Positions 47,094 to 56,760 are shown, numbered from the stretch's first letter. The stretch: DNA of 64,000 bases from Candidatus Iainarchaeum sp. (GCA_017610205.1 JAFCCL010000001.1:90805-154804), one strand, 5' to 3'. The notes: generated by a model not told the origin, from the letters alone. Made by a program: numbers and translations.

Positions 47094-47218
47094 TTCAATT
47101 TTTCCTCCTGTCTTTTTTTAATATTACCCATACGTTTCACCTATAAATCTTAATCTTCTTTTCATTTTTAACACCTTTTCTGCAATTATAAGCAAATTAG
47201 AAACTCTTTTTTTAACTA

Positions 47219-47437
47219 CTAACTAATGTTTGTGCGGTTTCCATCAGTTTCGCCTTTTCCAATGTTATTTCTTCGTTTGGCCTCATTTTGCATTAACTTT
47301 TTTGCCAAAGGGTTTGTTTCCCTTTTAGCTTCATTAGCAACTCTTTCGGTTTCCCTTCTAAACAGCCTGTTTAACATTCTTCCAAATCTTCCACCAGGGC
47401 TAGGAGTTCTGCCAATTTTTTTTGGGAGCCTTCTCAT
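47219..47437 (-). CDS. Hypothetical small Arg/Lys-rich protein
   Basis: 72 aa, GGTGAT SD before the ATG, directly downstream of pyrC. Confidence 0.65.
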   Translation of the reverse strand: MRRLPKKIGRTPSPGGRFGRMLNRLFRRETERVANEAKRETNPLAKKLMQNEAKRRNNIGKGETDGNRTNIS

Positions 47438-47465
47438 AATTTATCACCATCCATTAATTATAATG

Positions 47466-48755
47466 TCAAGAAATGTTTCCATTGCTAAAAACAACTTTCC
47501 CCTTAACAATTGTATAAACAGCCTTTCCCTTTAACTTCATTCCTGCAAAGGGTGTGTTTCTTCCCTTTGATTCAAATTTTTCAGGGTCAACTTTTTCTTC
47601 TTTGTTCAAGTCAATTATTGTAATATCTGCGTTCGCTCCCTTTGAAAGCGTGCCCTTGTCAAGACCAAGAACCTTTGCTGGGTTGATTGACATTTTTGCA
47701 ATTGCATCCTCCAAAGAAAGAATCTTTTCGTTCACAAGCTTTGTTAAAACCAATGGCAGTGTTGTCTCAAGTCCAACCATTCCATTTTCGCACAAGTCAA
47801 ACTCTCTAAACTTTTCAACAAGAGTGTGTGGTGCGTGGTCTGAGGCAATAACCTCAATTGTTCCATCCTTCAACCCTTCCTTTACTGCTTCAACATGTTC
47901 TTTGCTTCTCAAAGGAGGGTTAACCTTTGCGTTCACATTATAGCCTCTAACATCCTTGTCTGAGAGGGCAAAATAGTGCGGGCATGTTTCGGCTGAAACC
48001 TTTTGCTCAGCTTTCTTTGCTGTTCTAACAAGCTCAACGCTTCCCTTTGTGGAAACATGGCAGAAGTGAATTGGCCATTGCACCATCTTGCTCAAAATTA
48101 TTTCCCTTGCAACCATTACTTCTTCGGCTGCAGCTGGCTTTCCAGCCAAACCAAGTTCTGTACTAACAAGACCCTCGTGCATTACTCCGCCTGCAGCCAA
48201 TCTGATGTCCTCTGAGTGCGACAAAACAGGCATATTCCACATCCTGCAATACTCTAAAGCTTTTCTCATAAGGTTTGCATCCTGGACATCAGAGCCATCA
48301 TCGCTTACTGCAACAGCGCCTGTTTTCTTTAGCTCTCCAATTTCTGCCAATTCCTTTCCCTTCCTGCCCTTTGTAATTGCTCCAACAGGCAGAACGTTTA
48401 CAATTGCCTCCTTTGCTGCCTTGCTTTTCACAAACTCAATAACTGTCTGGTTGTCTGCATCAGGGGTTGTGTTCGGCATTCCAACAATTGTTGCAAAACC
48501 TCCTTTTGCAGCAGCCTTTGAAGCAGTCCTAATTGTTTCCTTGTCTTCTCTGCCTGGTTCCCTTAAATGAACATGCATGTCAATTAAGCCTGGAACAACA
48601 ATTAATCCCTCTGCGCTAATTGTTTCATCAGCCTTTGCATCAATTCCTTTTCCAACCTCTTTTATTTTGCCGTTTTCAACCAAAATGTCAAGTTTCTTGT
48701 CTATCTTGTTTGCCGGGTCAATTACTCTTCCTCCTTTTATTAGCAGGCTTGTCAT
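47466..48755 (-). CDS. pyrC: Dihydroorotase (long, ATCase-associated type)
   Basis: DMHVHLREPG, MPNT, SDDG, HSED, CHVST, KVNPPLR, ASDHAPH, SK.RNTPF. Confidence 0.95.
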   Translation of the reverse strand: MTSLLIKGGRVIDPANKIDKKLDILVENGKIKEVGKGIDAKADETISAEGLIVVPGLIDMHVHLREPGREDKETIRTASKAAAKGGFATIVGMPNTTPDADNQTVIEFVKSKAAKEAIVNVLPVGAITKGRKGKELAEIGELKKTGAVAVSDDGSDVQDANLMRKALEYCRMWNMPVLSHSEDIRLAAGGVMHEGLVSTELGLAGKPAAAEEVMVAREIILSKMVQWPIHFCHVSTKGSVELVRTAKKAEQKVSAETCPHYFALSDKDVRGYNVNAKVNPPLRSKEHVEAVKEGLKDGTIEVIASDHAPHTLVEKFREFDLCENGMVGLETTLPLVLTKLVNEKILSLEDAIAKMSINPAKVLGLDKGTLSKGANADITIIDLNKEEKVDPEKFESKGRNTPFAGMKLKGKAVYTIVKGKVVFSNGNIS

Positions 48756-49771
48756 CTTCTATCGCCTCCCAATAGCAGGTAAAGCAATGCAAGCCTTAGG
48801 GCAAAACCGTTTTCGACCTGGGCTTCTACAGCACTTCTATCAGATTCCATTATCTCAGTTTTTAAATCAACCTCTCTGTTGATTGGACCAGGGTGCATGA
48901 CAATTGCGTCAAATTTGGCAAGTGCAAGCCTTTCCTGATTAACACAATAACTTTTGCTGTATTCCCTTACTGAGGGAATGTCTCCGCCTGCAGCCCTCTC
49001 TAATTGAATTCTCAAAGCATAAATTATGTCAACTCCCTTAACTGCTTCGTCCAGGTGGTTAAAGACCTTGCATTTGAATACTTTTTCCATTCCGTACGGC
49101 ATCAGGGTTGGTGGTCCAACAATGTGTGGCTTTACTCCAAACTTGTTTAAGGCTCTAATCAGCGAGCCTGCTACTCTGCTGTGTTTTATGTCTCCAACAA
49201 GAGCTACTTTTAATCCCTCAATTTGCCCTCTTTTATCAAGCATTGTATAAAGGTCAAGCATTGCCTGTGTTGGGTGCTCGTGCCACCCGTCTCCTGCATT
49301 GATAACAGGTGCATTAATCTGCCCTGCAATCATTTCGGGAGAACCAGCTTTTGCGTGCCTTAGAATAATTATATCCGCGTGCATTGCATTCAATGTTCTA
49401 ACAACGTCGTTTAGTGTTTCGCCCTTTTTGTCAATAGTGCTTCCTGAACCAGAAACATTTATTGTGTCAATGCTTAGGTTTTTTCCAGCCAGTTCAAAGG
49501 AAACCCTTGTTCTGGTGCTTGCTTCAAAGAAAAAGTTTATTTGGCTCATTCCCTTCAAGAGATTAATTTTTTTGTCTGGCTTGATAATAAATTCTTTAAA
49601 AAGTTTTGTGCAGTCAAAAACAAGTTCCATATCTTCCTTGCTTAATTCATCAATGCTGATAATGTTTTTGCCTGGAAGTTTTCTGTTACCAATTACCTTA
49701 ATTAATCTGTCTTCAAAGTCTTCCTGCCACTTTCCAATTTCTTCCCAGAGCTTTTGTCTTCTTGGATGCAA
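48752..49771 (-). CDS. pyrB: Aspartate carbamoyltransferase catalytic subunit (bacterial PyrB-PyrC type)
   Basis: FFEASTRTRVSFE, KGETL.D, NAGDG.HEHPTQ, GDIKHSRVA.S, RIQLER, HPGPINR; TTG start. Confidence 0.95.
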   Translation of the reverse strand: MHPRRQKLWEEIGKWQEDFEDRLIKVIGNRKLPGKNIISIDELSKEDMELVFDCTKLFKEFIIKPDKKINLLKGMSQINFFFEASTRTRVSFELAGKNLSIDTINVSGSGSTIDKKGETLNDVVRTLNAMHADIIILRHAKAGSPEMIAGQINAPVINAGDGWHEHPTQAMLDLYTMLDKRGQIEGLKVALVGDIKHSRVAGSLIRALNKFGVKPHIVGPPTLMPYGMEKVFKCKVFNHLDEAVKGVDIIYALRIQLERAAGGDIPSVREYSKSYCVNQERLALAKFDAIVMHPGPINREVDLKTEIMESDRSAVEAQVENGFALRLALLYLLLGGDRR

Positions 49772-49898
49772 CTATCTCCCACCTAAAATTACTTCCTCAA
49801 TTACCCTTTTAAAACAATGCAGGGTTTTAGTCAAAACATCTTTTTTTATTAATTTTCAACTTTATTCTTCTTTTTGTCAACTACAAAATTTCTCCTAT

Positions 49899-50519
49899 TT
49901 ACTTAATGTTTATACTTAAATCCAATATAAAAGCAGTAATCTTTTTTTCCTTTGTGTCAATTAAGAATTCCCATGCATCATTAAGATCCAAACCCAATTC
50001 CTTTGCGCCATTTGTTTCTTTTTCAACATATTGCTTTACTTCTTCAATTGCATTTCCTTCAATGCCAAACTTTTCAGCAATCCTTTTAGCCAAAGAAAAT
50101 GACTTTGCTCTTAAATCTCCAATTTTTGTCAAATCTGTTAGCGCAACATGCTTTTCTCCATTAATTTCAGCAATCCTTATTGTTGATGGTACATGAAAGC
50201 CATTCTTTTTAAGTTTTTGAAATGTTTTGAATTCCTTTTCTGCAATGGTGCTTTGGGTTTCGCCCTTTGAGAATTGCCGAAGATTATACTTTTTCACAAC
50301 AAGCCTTCTTACCCTAGGCCCCTCGAAAACAATTAAATCAAAGGCCTTGCCATGTCTGCCTCTTGCTGGAGTGGTATATCGTTTTAGAATCTTTCTTCCA
50401 TCTGGAACAGCGGTTGTACTCATTGATTTAACTCTCTTCACATTTCTGTCCACAGCCAAAGCACTTGCAGCAAAATCCCTTTTTCCGCCCTTTAAAACAG
50501 TTGATTTCTTTGCCTTCAT
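49899..50519 (-). CDS. Hypothetical basic protein with possible degenerate protein-kinase-like (RIO/Kdo-like) fold
   Basis: LVVKKY, AEKEFKTFQKLKKNGFHVP and AFILDL resemble the beta3-Lys, helix-C Glu and DFG segments. ATG overlaps the pyrK stop. Confidence 0.5.
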   Translation of the reverse strand: MKAKKSTVLKGGKRDFAASALAVDRNVKRVKSMSTTAVPDGRKILKRYTTPARGRHGKAFDLIVFEGPRVRRLVVKKYNLRQFSKGETQSTIAEKEFKTFQKLKKNGFHVPSTIRIAEINGEKHVALTDLTKIGDLRAKSFSLAKRIAEKFGIEGNAIEEVKQYVEKETNGAKELGLDLNDAWEFLIDTKEKKITAFILDLSINIK

Positions 50520-51325
50520 TGCCTCCACTCCGCAAACTCCTTCAAAGAAACTTCCTTTCCTGATTTTAATAATGCCTTTTCTCCAAACTCGGGCATTTCA
50601 CGCAATTGCTCGCTTTTGAAGACAGGTCCGTCCTTGCAAACAAGCCACTTGCCCAAAGCACAGGCTCCACAAACTCCAAACCCGCATCGCATATATCTCT
50701 CCAAATTCAGCTGGCATTCAATTCCTTTCCTTTCACAAATTTCAAAAGCCTTCTTCATCATTGGCTCTGGTCCGCAGCCAAATACAATGTCAAACTTTTG
50801 TTTGGCAAGCAGTTTTTCCAGCATGCTTGTGGCATAACCCTTTTCTCCAAGAGAACCATCATCAGTTGTTATGTATAAGTTCTTAGTGGTTTTGCCTAGT
50901 CTTTCCTTAAACAGGCATTCCTTGCCTGTTTTTGCGCCAAGGATTACACTCAAGTCAATGCCTTTTTTCTTAAACTGCTCTGCCAGAAGAAGAACTGGTG
51001 CAGCCCCGCATCCTCCTGCAATAATGCAGACTTTCTTCACTTCCTCTGTACTGAATCCGTTTCCGTATGGACCGCGAATTCCAATCTTGCCTCCTTCTTT
51101 CAAATCACACATTGCTTTTGTAAATTTTCCCTTGCATTGCACTGTTACAGCGCACTCTTTTCCTTTGGCAGTAAGGGTAAATGGCTTTTCGTCAATGTCA
51201 GGAAGCCAGAGCATTGCAAATTGGCCTGGCTTTGCATTCATTTTGTGTTCAAGGTAGTATGTTTTGATGTTTGGGGTTTCCTGGACAATTCTCTTAATGG
51301 AAACCATTTTTGGCAGCTTGGTCAT
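50516..51325 (-). CDS. pyrK: Dihydroorotate dehydrogenase electron transfer subunit
   Basis: PGQF.M.W, RGPYGNGF, AGGCG.AP, CGPE.MM, ERYMRCG.G.CG.C...VCKDGPVF. Confidence 0.93.
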   Translation of the reverse strand: MTKLPKMVSIKRIVQETPNIKTYYLEHKMNAKPGQFAMLWLPDIDEKPFTLTAKGKECAVTVQCKGKFTKAMCDLKEGGKIGIRGPYGNGFSTEEVKKVCIIAGGCGAAPVLLLAEQFKKKGIDLSVILGAKTGKECLFKERLGKTTKNLYITTDDGSLGEKGYATSMLEKLLAKQKFDIVFGCGPEPMMKKAFEICERKGIECQLNLERYMRCGFGVCGACALGKWLVCKDGPVFKSEQLREMPEFGEKALLKSGKEVSLKEFAEWRQ

Positions 51326-51957
51326 TCTTTTGCCTCCAGTTTTTCAATCAATTCAGGTAATTCTCCAATGTCTTGAATAATAAAATCTGGTTTTGCCTTT
51401 TCTAGTTTCTTTTTGGAGTCATAGCCACATAAGACCGCAACACTTCTAATGCCTTCTTGTTGTGCTGTTTCCACATCGTGAACCATATCTCCAACATATA
51501 GCGTGCTTTCTTTTTCTATTTTGTGCCTTAAAACAATGGCTTCAATTTTTTTCCGCTTGTCTTCGTGGCTTGTATCCACACAGTCAATTAATTCCTTCAT
51601 TCCATAGTTTTCTATTTCTTTTTCCAGCAATGTTTGATTATGTGCGCTGAAAATTAGAATCTTTTTGTTGTGTTGTTTCAACCACTCCATTGCTTTTTTT
51701 GCAAACGGAAATGCTTTTACTAGGGGGTAGTATTTTGGAAACAGTCTTTCCCATTTATCATATTCTTCTTGAACTACTATTTTTATGCCAAGTTTTTTGT
51801 AGAATCGCATCCAGGGCATTTCGTACAGTTCCCTGAACTTTTCTTCTGAAAGTCTTGGGTGGCCCCTTTCTTCAAGCACATCATTTGAAGTAGCAAAGGT
51901 TGCTTCCCAGTCATTGCTTACTACTCCTGACCAGTCAAGTATTACAGCCTTAATCAT
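51322..51957 (-). CDS. HAD family hydrolase (phosphoglycolate phosphatase-like)
   Basis: ILDWSGVV, FSA, YVGDMVHD, KPDFII. Confidence 0.85.
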   Translation of the reverse strand: MIKAVILDWSGVVSNDWEATFATSNDVLEERGHPRLSEEKFRELYEMPWMRFYKKLGIKIVVQEEYDKWERLFPKYYPLVKAFPFAKKAMEWLKQHNKKILIFSAHNQTLLEKEIENYGMKELIDCVDTSHEDKRKKIEAIVLRHKIEKESTLYVGDMVHDVETAQQEGIRSVAVLCGYDSKKKLEKAKPDFIIQDIGELPELIEKLEAKE

Positions 51958-52622
51958 TATCTCATCGTTCCAAGTTTTCTGTCAACAATTTCTTCAATTA
52001 CCTCAAAACCAGTCTGTGTTAATTCAGGCAGTTGGTTTGAAAGCTCTTGAATGCATTTTTCTCCTGTTTCAATGGCTGCACAAAGCCTTGCCCTGTTGAA
52101 GAGAACTTCTTTTTCTCCCTTTTCAGTGATTTCTGCCAGGTTGTTCCTTGCTTTTTTTGCTTCTTTTTTGTAATAATTGTCAATGCCATTTTTCTCGCTT
52201 TTAAAAATTGAATTGCCTGCTTCCATTATTTTTGCAATTGACTCATACATTTTTTGGGCGTTTTTAACGCTAAGCCTGCCGTATTTGTTTTCAATGAGAA
52301 TTTTTTGAATAACCCAAGCACTGTTTGCAATGGCAATGCATTCCCTTTCAGCATTAAGTTTTTTTCCCATTCTGGTTGAAAACTTTTCCAAAACAAGCCT
52401 TTGCAGCAAAAGCCTCAGTATCTTTTTGCCCATTGGCCTGGTATATAATTCGTATTTTTCAACTAGTCCTCCAGCCATTTCTTTCATTCCAAGCTTATTA
52501 ATCTGTTTTCTGTAAGCGGTTTTTCTTTCATATCTCATAATCGCTTTTTTCTGTTTTTCCTTCAAATGCTTGGCAGTTTTAGTGCCCAGTGCCTTACTCC
52601 TTCTGTTAATCCATTTAGCCAT
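51957..52622 (-). CDS. Hypothetical basic, probably helical protein
   Basis: About 221 aa, overlaps the pyrD stop and the HAD start; no recognisable motif. Confidence 0.65.
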   Translation of the reverse strand: MAKWINRRSKALGTKTAKHLKEKQKKAIMRYERKTAYRKQINKLGMKEMAGGLVEKYELYTRPMGKKILRLLLQRLVLEKFSTRMGKKLNAERECIAIANSAWVIQKILIENKYGRLSVKNAQKMYESIAKIMEAGNSIFKSEKNGIDNYYKKEAKKARNNLAEITEKGEKEVLFNRARLCAAIETGEKCIQELSNQLPELTQTGFEVIEEIVDRKLGTMR

Positions 52623-53529
52623 GCGCACAGCCCCTAATTTCTTCCAAGGACTTTACTTCATTTTCCTTTATCCATTCTTTCATTTCCCTGCAGACCTTTT
52701 CAAAAACTCCAATTCCCTGATAGTAAACTCCTGAACCAATTCCTACAGCTGTTGCCCCTGCCTGAATGTATTCAATTGCGTCTCTTCCGGAGGAAATTCC
52801 TCCCATTCCAAGAATTGGAATCTTCACTGCTTTGAAAATTTGGTAAACGCACTTTATTCCAACAGGCTTTATTGCCGGGCCTGATATGCCTCCAAACTTG
52901 TTGCACAAAATTGGCTTTCTTGCGTCAATATCTATTGCCATTCCTGCAACTGTATTAATTGCACAAATTGCGTTTGCTTCTGCTTTCTCACAGGCGCTTG
53001 CAATTGCTGCAATGTTTGGAGCCTGCGGAGTAAGCTTTGCAATTAGTGGAATTTTTCCAATTTCTTTTTTTACAGAGGACACTACTTCTGCACTTGCTGT
53101 TTCATTTACTCCAAAAATCTGTCCGTGTTCCTGAGTATTGGGGCAACTGATGTTTACTTCAATTGCATCTGGCTTTTTTTCTGCAACAAATTTTGAAACC
53201 TCAACAAATTCTTCAACAGAGGCGCCGTAAATAGAGGCAATTAGTGGAAATTTTCTTTCCTCCAATTCGTTCCATTCCTCCTCCATATTTTTGTAGCCAG
53301 GGGACGGCAGGCCAACAGCATTTAGCAAACCATGCTCCAACTCCAAAACGCTTGGATTTGCATGCCCTGCTCTTTCCTCCGGGCCAATGCTTTTCATTGT
53401 TATTGCACCAGCGCCTCCTTCTTCAAAAACGCGTTTCATTAAGGCAGCGCTTGTTCCAAGCACGCCTGAAGCCAGAACAGTTGGATTTTTCAATTTCAAA
53501 CCAGCAAAATCGATTTCAAGAGACAACAA
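52615..53529 (-). CDS. pyrD: Dihydroorotate dehydrogenase class 1B catalytic subunit
   Basis: KNP.VLASG, KSI, LNAVGL, NISCPN, KLTP, INT, GGISGPAIKP, GMGGI. Confidence 0.95.
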   Translation of the reverse strand: MLSLEIDFAGLKLKNPTVLASGVLGTSAALMKRVFEEGGAGAITMKSIGPEERAGHANPSVLELEHGLLNAVGLPSPGYKNMEEEWNELEERKFPLIASIYGASVEEFVEVSKFVAEKKPDAIEVNISCPNTQEHGQIFGVNETASAEVVSSVKKEIGKIPLIAKLTPQAPNIAAIASACEKAEANAICAINTVAGMAIDIDARKPILCNKFGGISGPAIKPVGIKCVYQIFKAVKIPILGMGGISSGRDAIEYIQAGATAVGIGSGVYYQGIGVFEKVCREMKEWIKENEVKSLEEIRGCAHG

Positions 53530-53589
53530 AAACCCGCTAATATTAGATTTGGTTGTTTTTTTAAATTTAGTGCCCTTTCCTTTTTTTGA

Positions 53590-54246
53590 ATGAAAAAGAT
53601 TGCTCCCTCAATTCTATCCTCTGACATCTGTGACCTTGCCAAGCTTTTGCCTTCTTTGGAGAAGGAAGCAGAGTGGCTTCACCTTGATGTAATGGATGGG
53701 CATTTTGTGCAAAACATTACCTTTGGATTTCCTATAATAAAGTCTTTGAGACCAAAGACAAAAATGTTTTTTGACACCCATTCTATGATTTCAAAGCCAG
53801 AGCGCTATTTTGAAAGGTTTGCAGAAGCCGGTTCAAACGCAATTACCTTTCACTTGGAAACCGTTGAAAAGCCCTTGAATGCCATAAAGCAAATTCGTGC
53901 GCTTGGCTGCAAGGCAGGAATTGCTTTGAATAATCAAACAAGTGCAAAAAAGGCAATTCCTTTCTTGCACGAGGTGGATTTGGTGCTTGTAATGGGAATT
54001 GAAGCGGGCTTTGGTGGCCAAAAGCTTATCCCAAAAGACCTTGAGAAGGTTAGGTTATTTAGGAAGGAAATTGATTCCCGGAAACTTTCAACACTAATTT
54101 CCTTTGATGGCGGAGTAAACAGGCAAACTCTCCCGGATGTAATTGAGGCAGGGGCTGACATTTTTGCAATGGGAAGCGCAATCTTTGGAAAGGAAAATCC
54201 TGCTGAGGAATTAAAGCTGTTGAAGAAAGAATTTGGATTTTGCTAA
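53590..54246 (+). CDS. rpe: Ribulose-phosphate 3-epimerase
   Basis: IAPSILS, HLDVMDGHFV.NITFG, GFGGQK, DGGVN, GSAIF. Confidence 0.95.
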   Translation: MKKIAPSILSSDICDLAKLLPSLEKEAEWLHLDVMDGHFVQNITFGFPIIKSLRPKTKMFFDTHSMISKPERYFERFAEAGSNAITFHLETVEKPLNAIKQIRALGCKAGIALNNQTSAKKAIPFLHEVDLVLVMGIEAGFGGQKLIPKDLEKVRLFRKEIDSRKLSTLISFDGGVNRQTLPDVIEAGADIFAMGSAIFGKENPAEELKLLKKEFGFC

Positions 54247-55202
54247 CGCTTTTTCTTCAGCATGTCAATAAGTCCTAGGAATGGTTCCTGTCTTGTTCCA
54301 AGTTCTAGTTTGTGGTACATTTCCAGTGCAAAGTTTTCCGGGTCAAAGACTCCTATTTCGGAAATTATTGCGTGAATGTAGAATGCGTCAACAATGTCAA
54401 AACCCGGGTTTTTTATTTTGACTTTTTTTGGCGGGTTTTTCCAAACCTCCTCAATGTCCCTTTCCTCTATTTCTTCTTCAAATCCAAAGTATGTTGCTGG
54501 GTCAAAGCAATGTGAAGAAGTGCAGACAAAGAACGGGTTGTGGTGCTTTTTTGCAGCGTGTGCAATGTGGGTTGTACCAATTTTGTTTACAATTTCGCCG
54601 TTGCTTAAAACTGCGTCACATCCAATAAATATTTTGTCAACTGGATGCATATATTTGTCTGCTGCAGAGTCAACAATTAGTGTAACCGGAATGCCTGCCT
54701 TTGCCAAATTTGCTGCAGTGATTCTTCCCTGAAACCTGGGTCTTGTTTCAGTGCAGTAAACCATCTTAATCTTCTTTTTTGCTTTTTTTAAAATTTCTTC
54801 AACTGTGTGGGAATGGCAGTGGGTCATTATTGTGTCGCCTTTTTCAATTAGCCTGCTTCCGTACAATGCTATTTTTTCCATTGCCTTTTTTCGATTTGCT
54901 TCATATTGCTTAATAGTTTGAATTGTGTTTTCTTTTACTTCCTGCAAATTCCTTGAATGAAGCGAAGCGGCTTTGAGAATTATTCTTATGGCAGTTCTTG
55001 TCTCAGGTTCTGTTGGCCTGGTTTTTAAAAGCGCAAGGCAGTGTCTTTGAACTTCTCGCCTGAAGGCAGGCAGTGTTTTTGCACGGCTTTTTGAAACACT
55101 TTTTCTTAAAGCTGCAACAGCTTCTTTTCTTACCTTGCTGCTTCCCTGAATTTTTAATGTTTTGATGTCCTTTATTGTTTTGTTAAAAGATTTTGCTGCC
55201 AT
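54243..55202 (-). CDS. Ribose-1,5-bisphosphate isomerase (eIF2B-like family)
   Basis: IQG, RPTEP, THCHS (catalytic Cys), ETRP.FQG, GCDA (catalytic Asp), NKIGT, NPGFD. Confidence 0.85.
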   Translation of the reverse strand: MAAKSFNKTIKDIKTLKIQGSSKVRKEAVAALRKSVSKSRAKTLPAFRREVQRHCLALLKTRPTEPETRTAIRIILKAASLHSRNLQEVKENTIQTIKQYEANRKKAMEKIALYGSRLIEKGDTIMTHCHSHTVEEILKKAKKKIKMVYCTETRPRFQGRITAANLAKAGIPVTLIVDSAADKYMHPVDKIFIGCDAVLSNGEIVNKIGTTHIAHAAKKHHNPFFVCTSSHCFDPATYFGFEEEIEERDIEEVWKNPPKKVKIKNPGFDIVDAFYIHAIISEIGVFDPENFALEMYHKLELGTRQEPFLGLIDMLKKKR

Positions 55203-55252
55203 TCAAATCACTTTGTTAAAGATAAGTTCAAACTCATATTTGTGCTTTTTGG

Positions 55253-56137
55253 TCACCTTCGCTTTTTTCGCTGGTTTTGACTTTTCAGTTTTGCCAGTTC
55301 TCTTGCCTGCTTCTCCTGCATGCGCATATGATAAAGCCATTCTCTTTTGCTCTTTTTTTCTTTAATATTTCTTTTTACATTGCGGAGTCTTGTTGCTATT
55401 TGTTTTCTGGTTTCCAGGTAACTTTCTATAATTCTCAGGTCTTTTCCTATGTATCCTGGTTTGTGTTTTGCTTCTGCCTTCCTTCCAAGAGTGAATTTTG
55501 CATTTGCGAACTCTGCCTTTGGAATGAATGTATTTAGGGCTGTTTCAAGACCATATCCTGTTGAACAAATTGCATCCCACTTTTTTTTGTTCCTTTTCAA
55601 AGCCTGCAGTGAACGCAGTCTTATAGCCCGCTCTCCGTTAAAAGGGCTGTAACTCAAAAGTTCACCTGACCTTACTCTTGTTCCAATTACCATGTTTACC
55701 CATTTTCTTCTTGTTTTTTCCTTGCTTGGCAGTTTCAGCAGGGGCTTTACAAGCTTTGCTATATGCTCTGGCTTAATATTTTTTATGTCAGCATCAATGG
55801 AGACTACTATTGTTTTGTCCATTTTTTGCATCCAACGGTCGGCAGTCTTGAAGTTTTGTCTTAGTGCATACTTGTTGGAAAAATATTCAACAGCTTTGGC
55901 GTAAGCCATTGCCTTTCCTTGATTTTCTTTTAGAGTTATTACTTTGTCTGCTCCTGCCTTTTTTGCAAGCTCTGCTGTCTTGTCAGTGCTGCCGTCACTG
56001 ACCACTACAATTTCTGCCAACAGTCCCTGTCTTTTGCATTCGCGCAGTTCTTCTACAACCTGTTTAATGGATTCTGCCTCGTTCCAGGCAGGCACTACTG
56101 CTACAACCTGAAAACCCTTTGGCCACTTCTTTGCCAT
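55253..56137 (-). CDS. Glycosyltransferase family 2 (short form) with basic C-terminal tail
   Basis: VVPAWNE, SDGSTDKT, NQGK, IDAD, NGERA, YGLETALN. Confidence 0.8.
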   Translation of the reverse strand: MAKKWPKGFQVVAVVPAWNEAESIKQVVEELRECKRQGLLAEIVVVSDGSTDKTAELAKKAGADKVITLKENQGKAMAYAKAVEYFSNKYALRQNFKTADRWMQKMDKTIVVSIDADIKNIKPEHIAKLVKPLLKLPSKEKTRRKWVNMVIGTRVRSGELLSYSPFNGERAIRLRSLQALKRNKKKWDAICSTGYGLETALNTFIPKAEFANAKFTLGRKAEAKHKPGYIGKDLRIIESYLETRKQIATRLRNVKRNIKEKKSKREWLYHMRMQEKQARELAKLKSQNQRKKRR

Positions 56138-56277
56138 AAGTTAAATAGCTTTTTCTTTGAATAAAATGGTTTGCTTTTTTTGTAACCTGCTTGACTTTAC
56201 TTTTTTTTGAATTGATTAGAATGTTTTTTTTTGCTGTTGCAAAGGCTTAAAAGTATTGGTGCGTTTTATTATTGCAG

Positions 56278-56760
56278 ATGAAACTGGCTGAACATATTAG
56301 GTCTGGAATCGGCTTTGGATTGACTTCAAGCATTATTACAACTATTGGATTAATGGTTGGGTTGTTTTCCGGAACTCACCTGCGAATTGCTGTTATTGGC
56401 GGGGTTATTACAATTGCAATTGTTGATGCATTGTCTGATGCGTTTGCAATGCACATTTCGCAGGAATCAACAGGGAATGAAAGCGCAAGGGATATTTGGG
56501 CCTCAACCTTTTCAACATTTGGCGCAAAGTTTTTCTTTGCAATAATTTTTATTGTTCCAGTGCTGTTTTTGGAGCTTTCAACAGCAATAATTGTCAGCAT
56601 TGCATTTGGTCTTTTTCTTATAGCTGTTTTTAGTGTATGGATTGCCAGGTCTCAAAACAAAAATTTGGCAAATGTTGCAGGAGAGCATCTTCTTATTGCA
56701 ATTGCTGTAATTGTTCTCGCTTATCTTGCTGGCGTGTGGATTGCCGGAATTTTTGGGTGA
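56278..56760 (+). CDS. VIT1/CCC1-like membrane protein
   Basis: GFGLTS.IITTIGL.VG, IAIVDALSDAFAMHISQES; about 5 TM. Confidence 0.75.
   Translation: MKLAEHIRSGIGFGLTSSIITTIGLMVGLFSGTHLRIAVIGGVITIAIVDALSDAFAMHISQESTGNESARDIWASTFSTFGAKFFFAIIFIVPVLFLELSTAIIVSIAFGLFLIAVFSVWIARSQNKNLANVAGEHLLIAIAVIVLAYLAGVWIAGIFG

Noticed and set aside
54243-55202. Translation factor eIF2B subunit or methylthioribose-1-P isomerase
   Set aside because: RPTEP, THCHS and ETRP.FQG motifs plus the nearby AMP phosphorylase favour ribose-1,5-bisphosphate isomerase.
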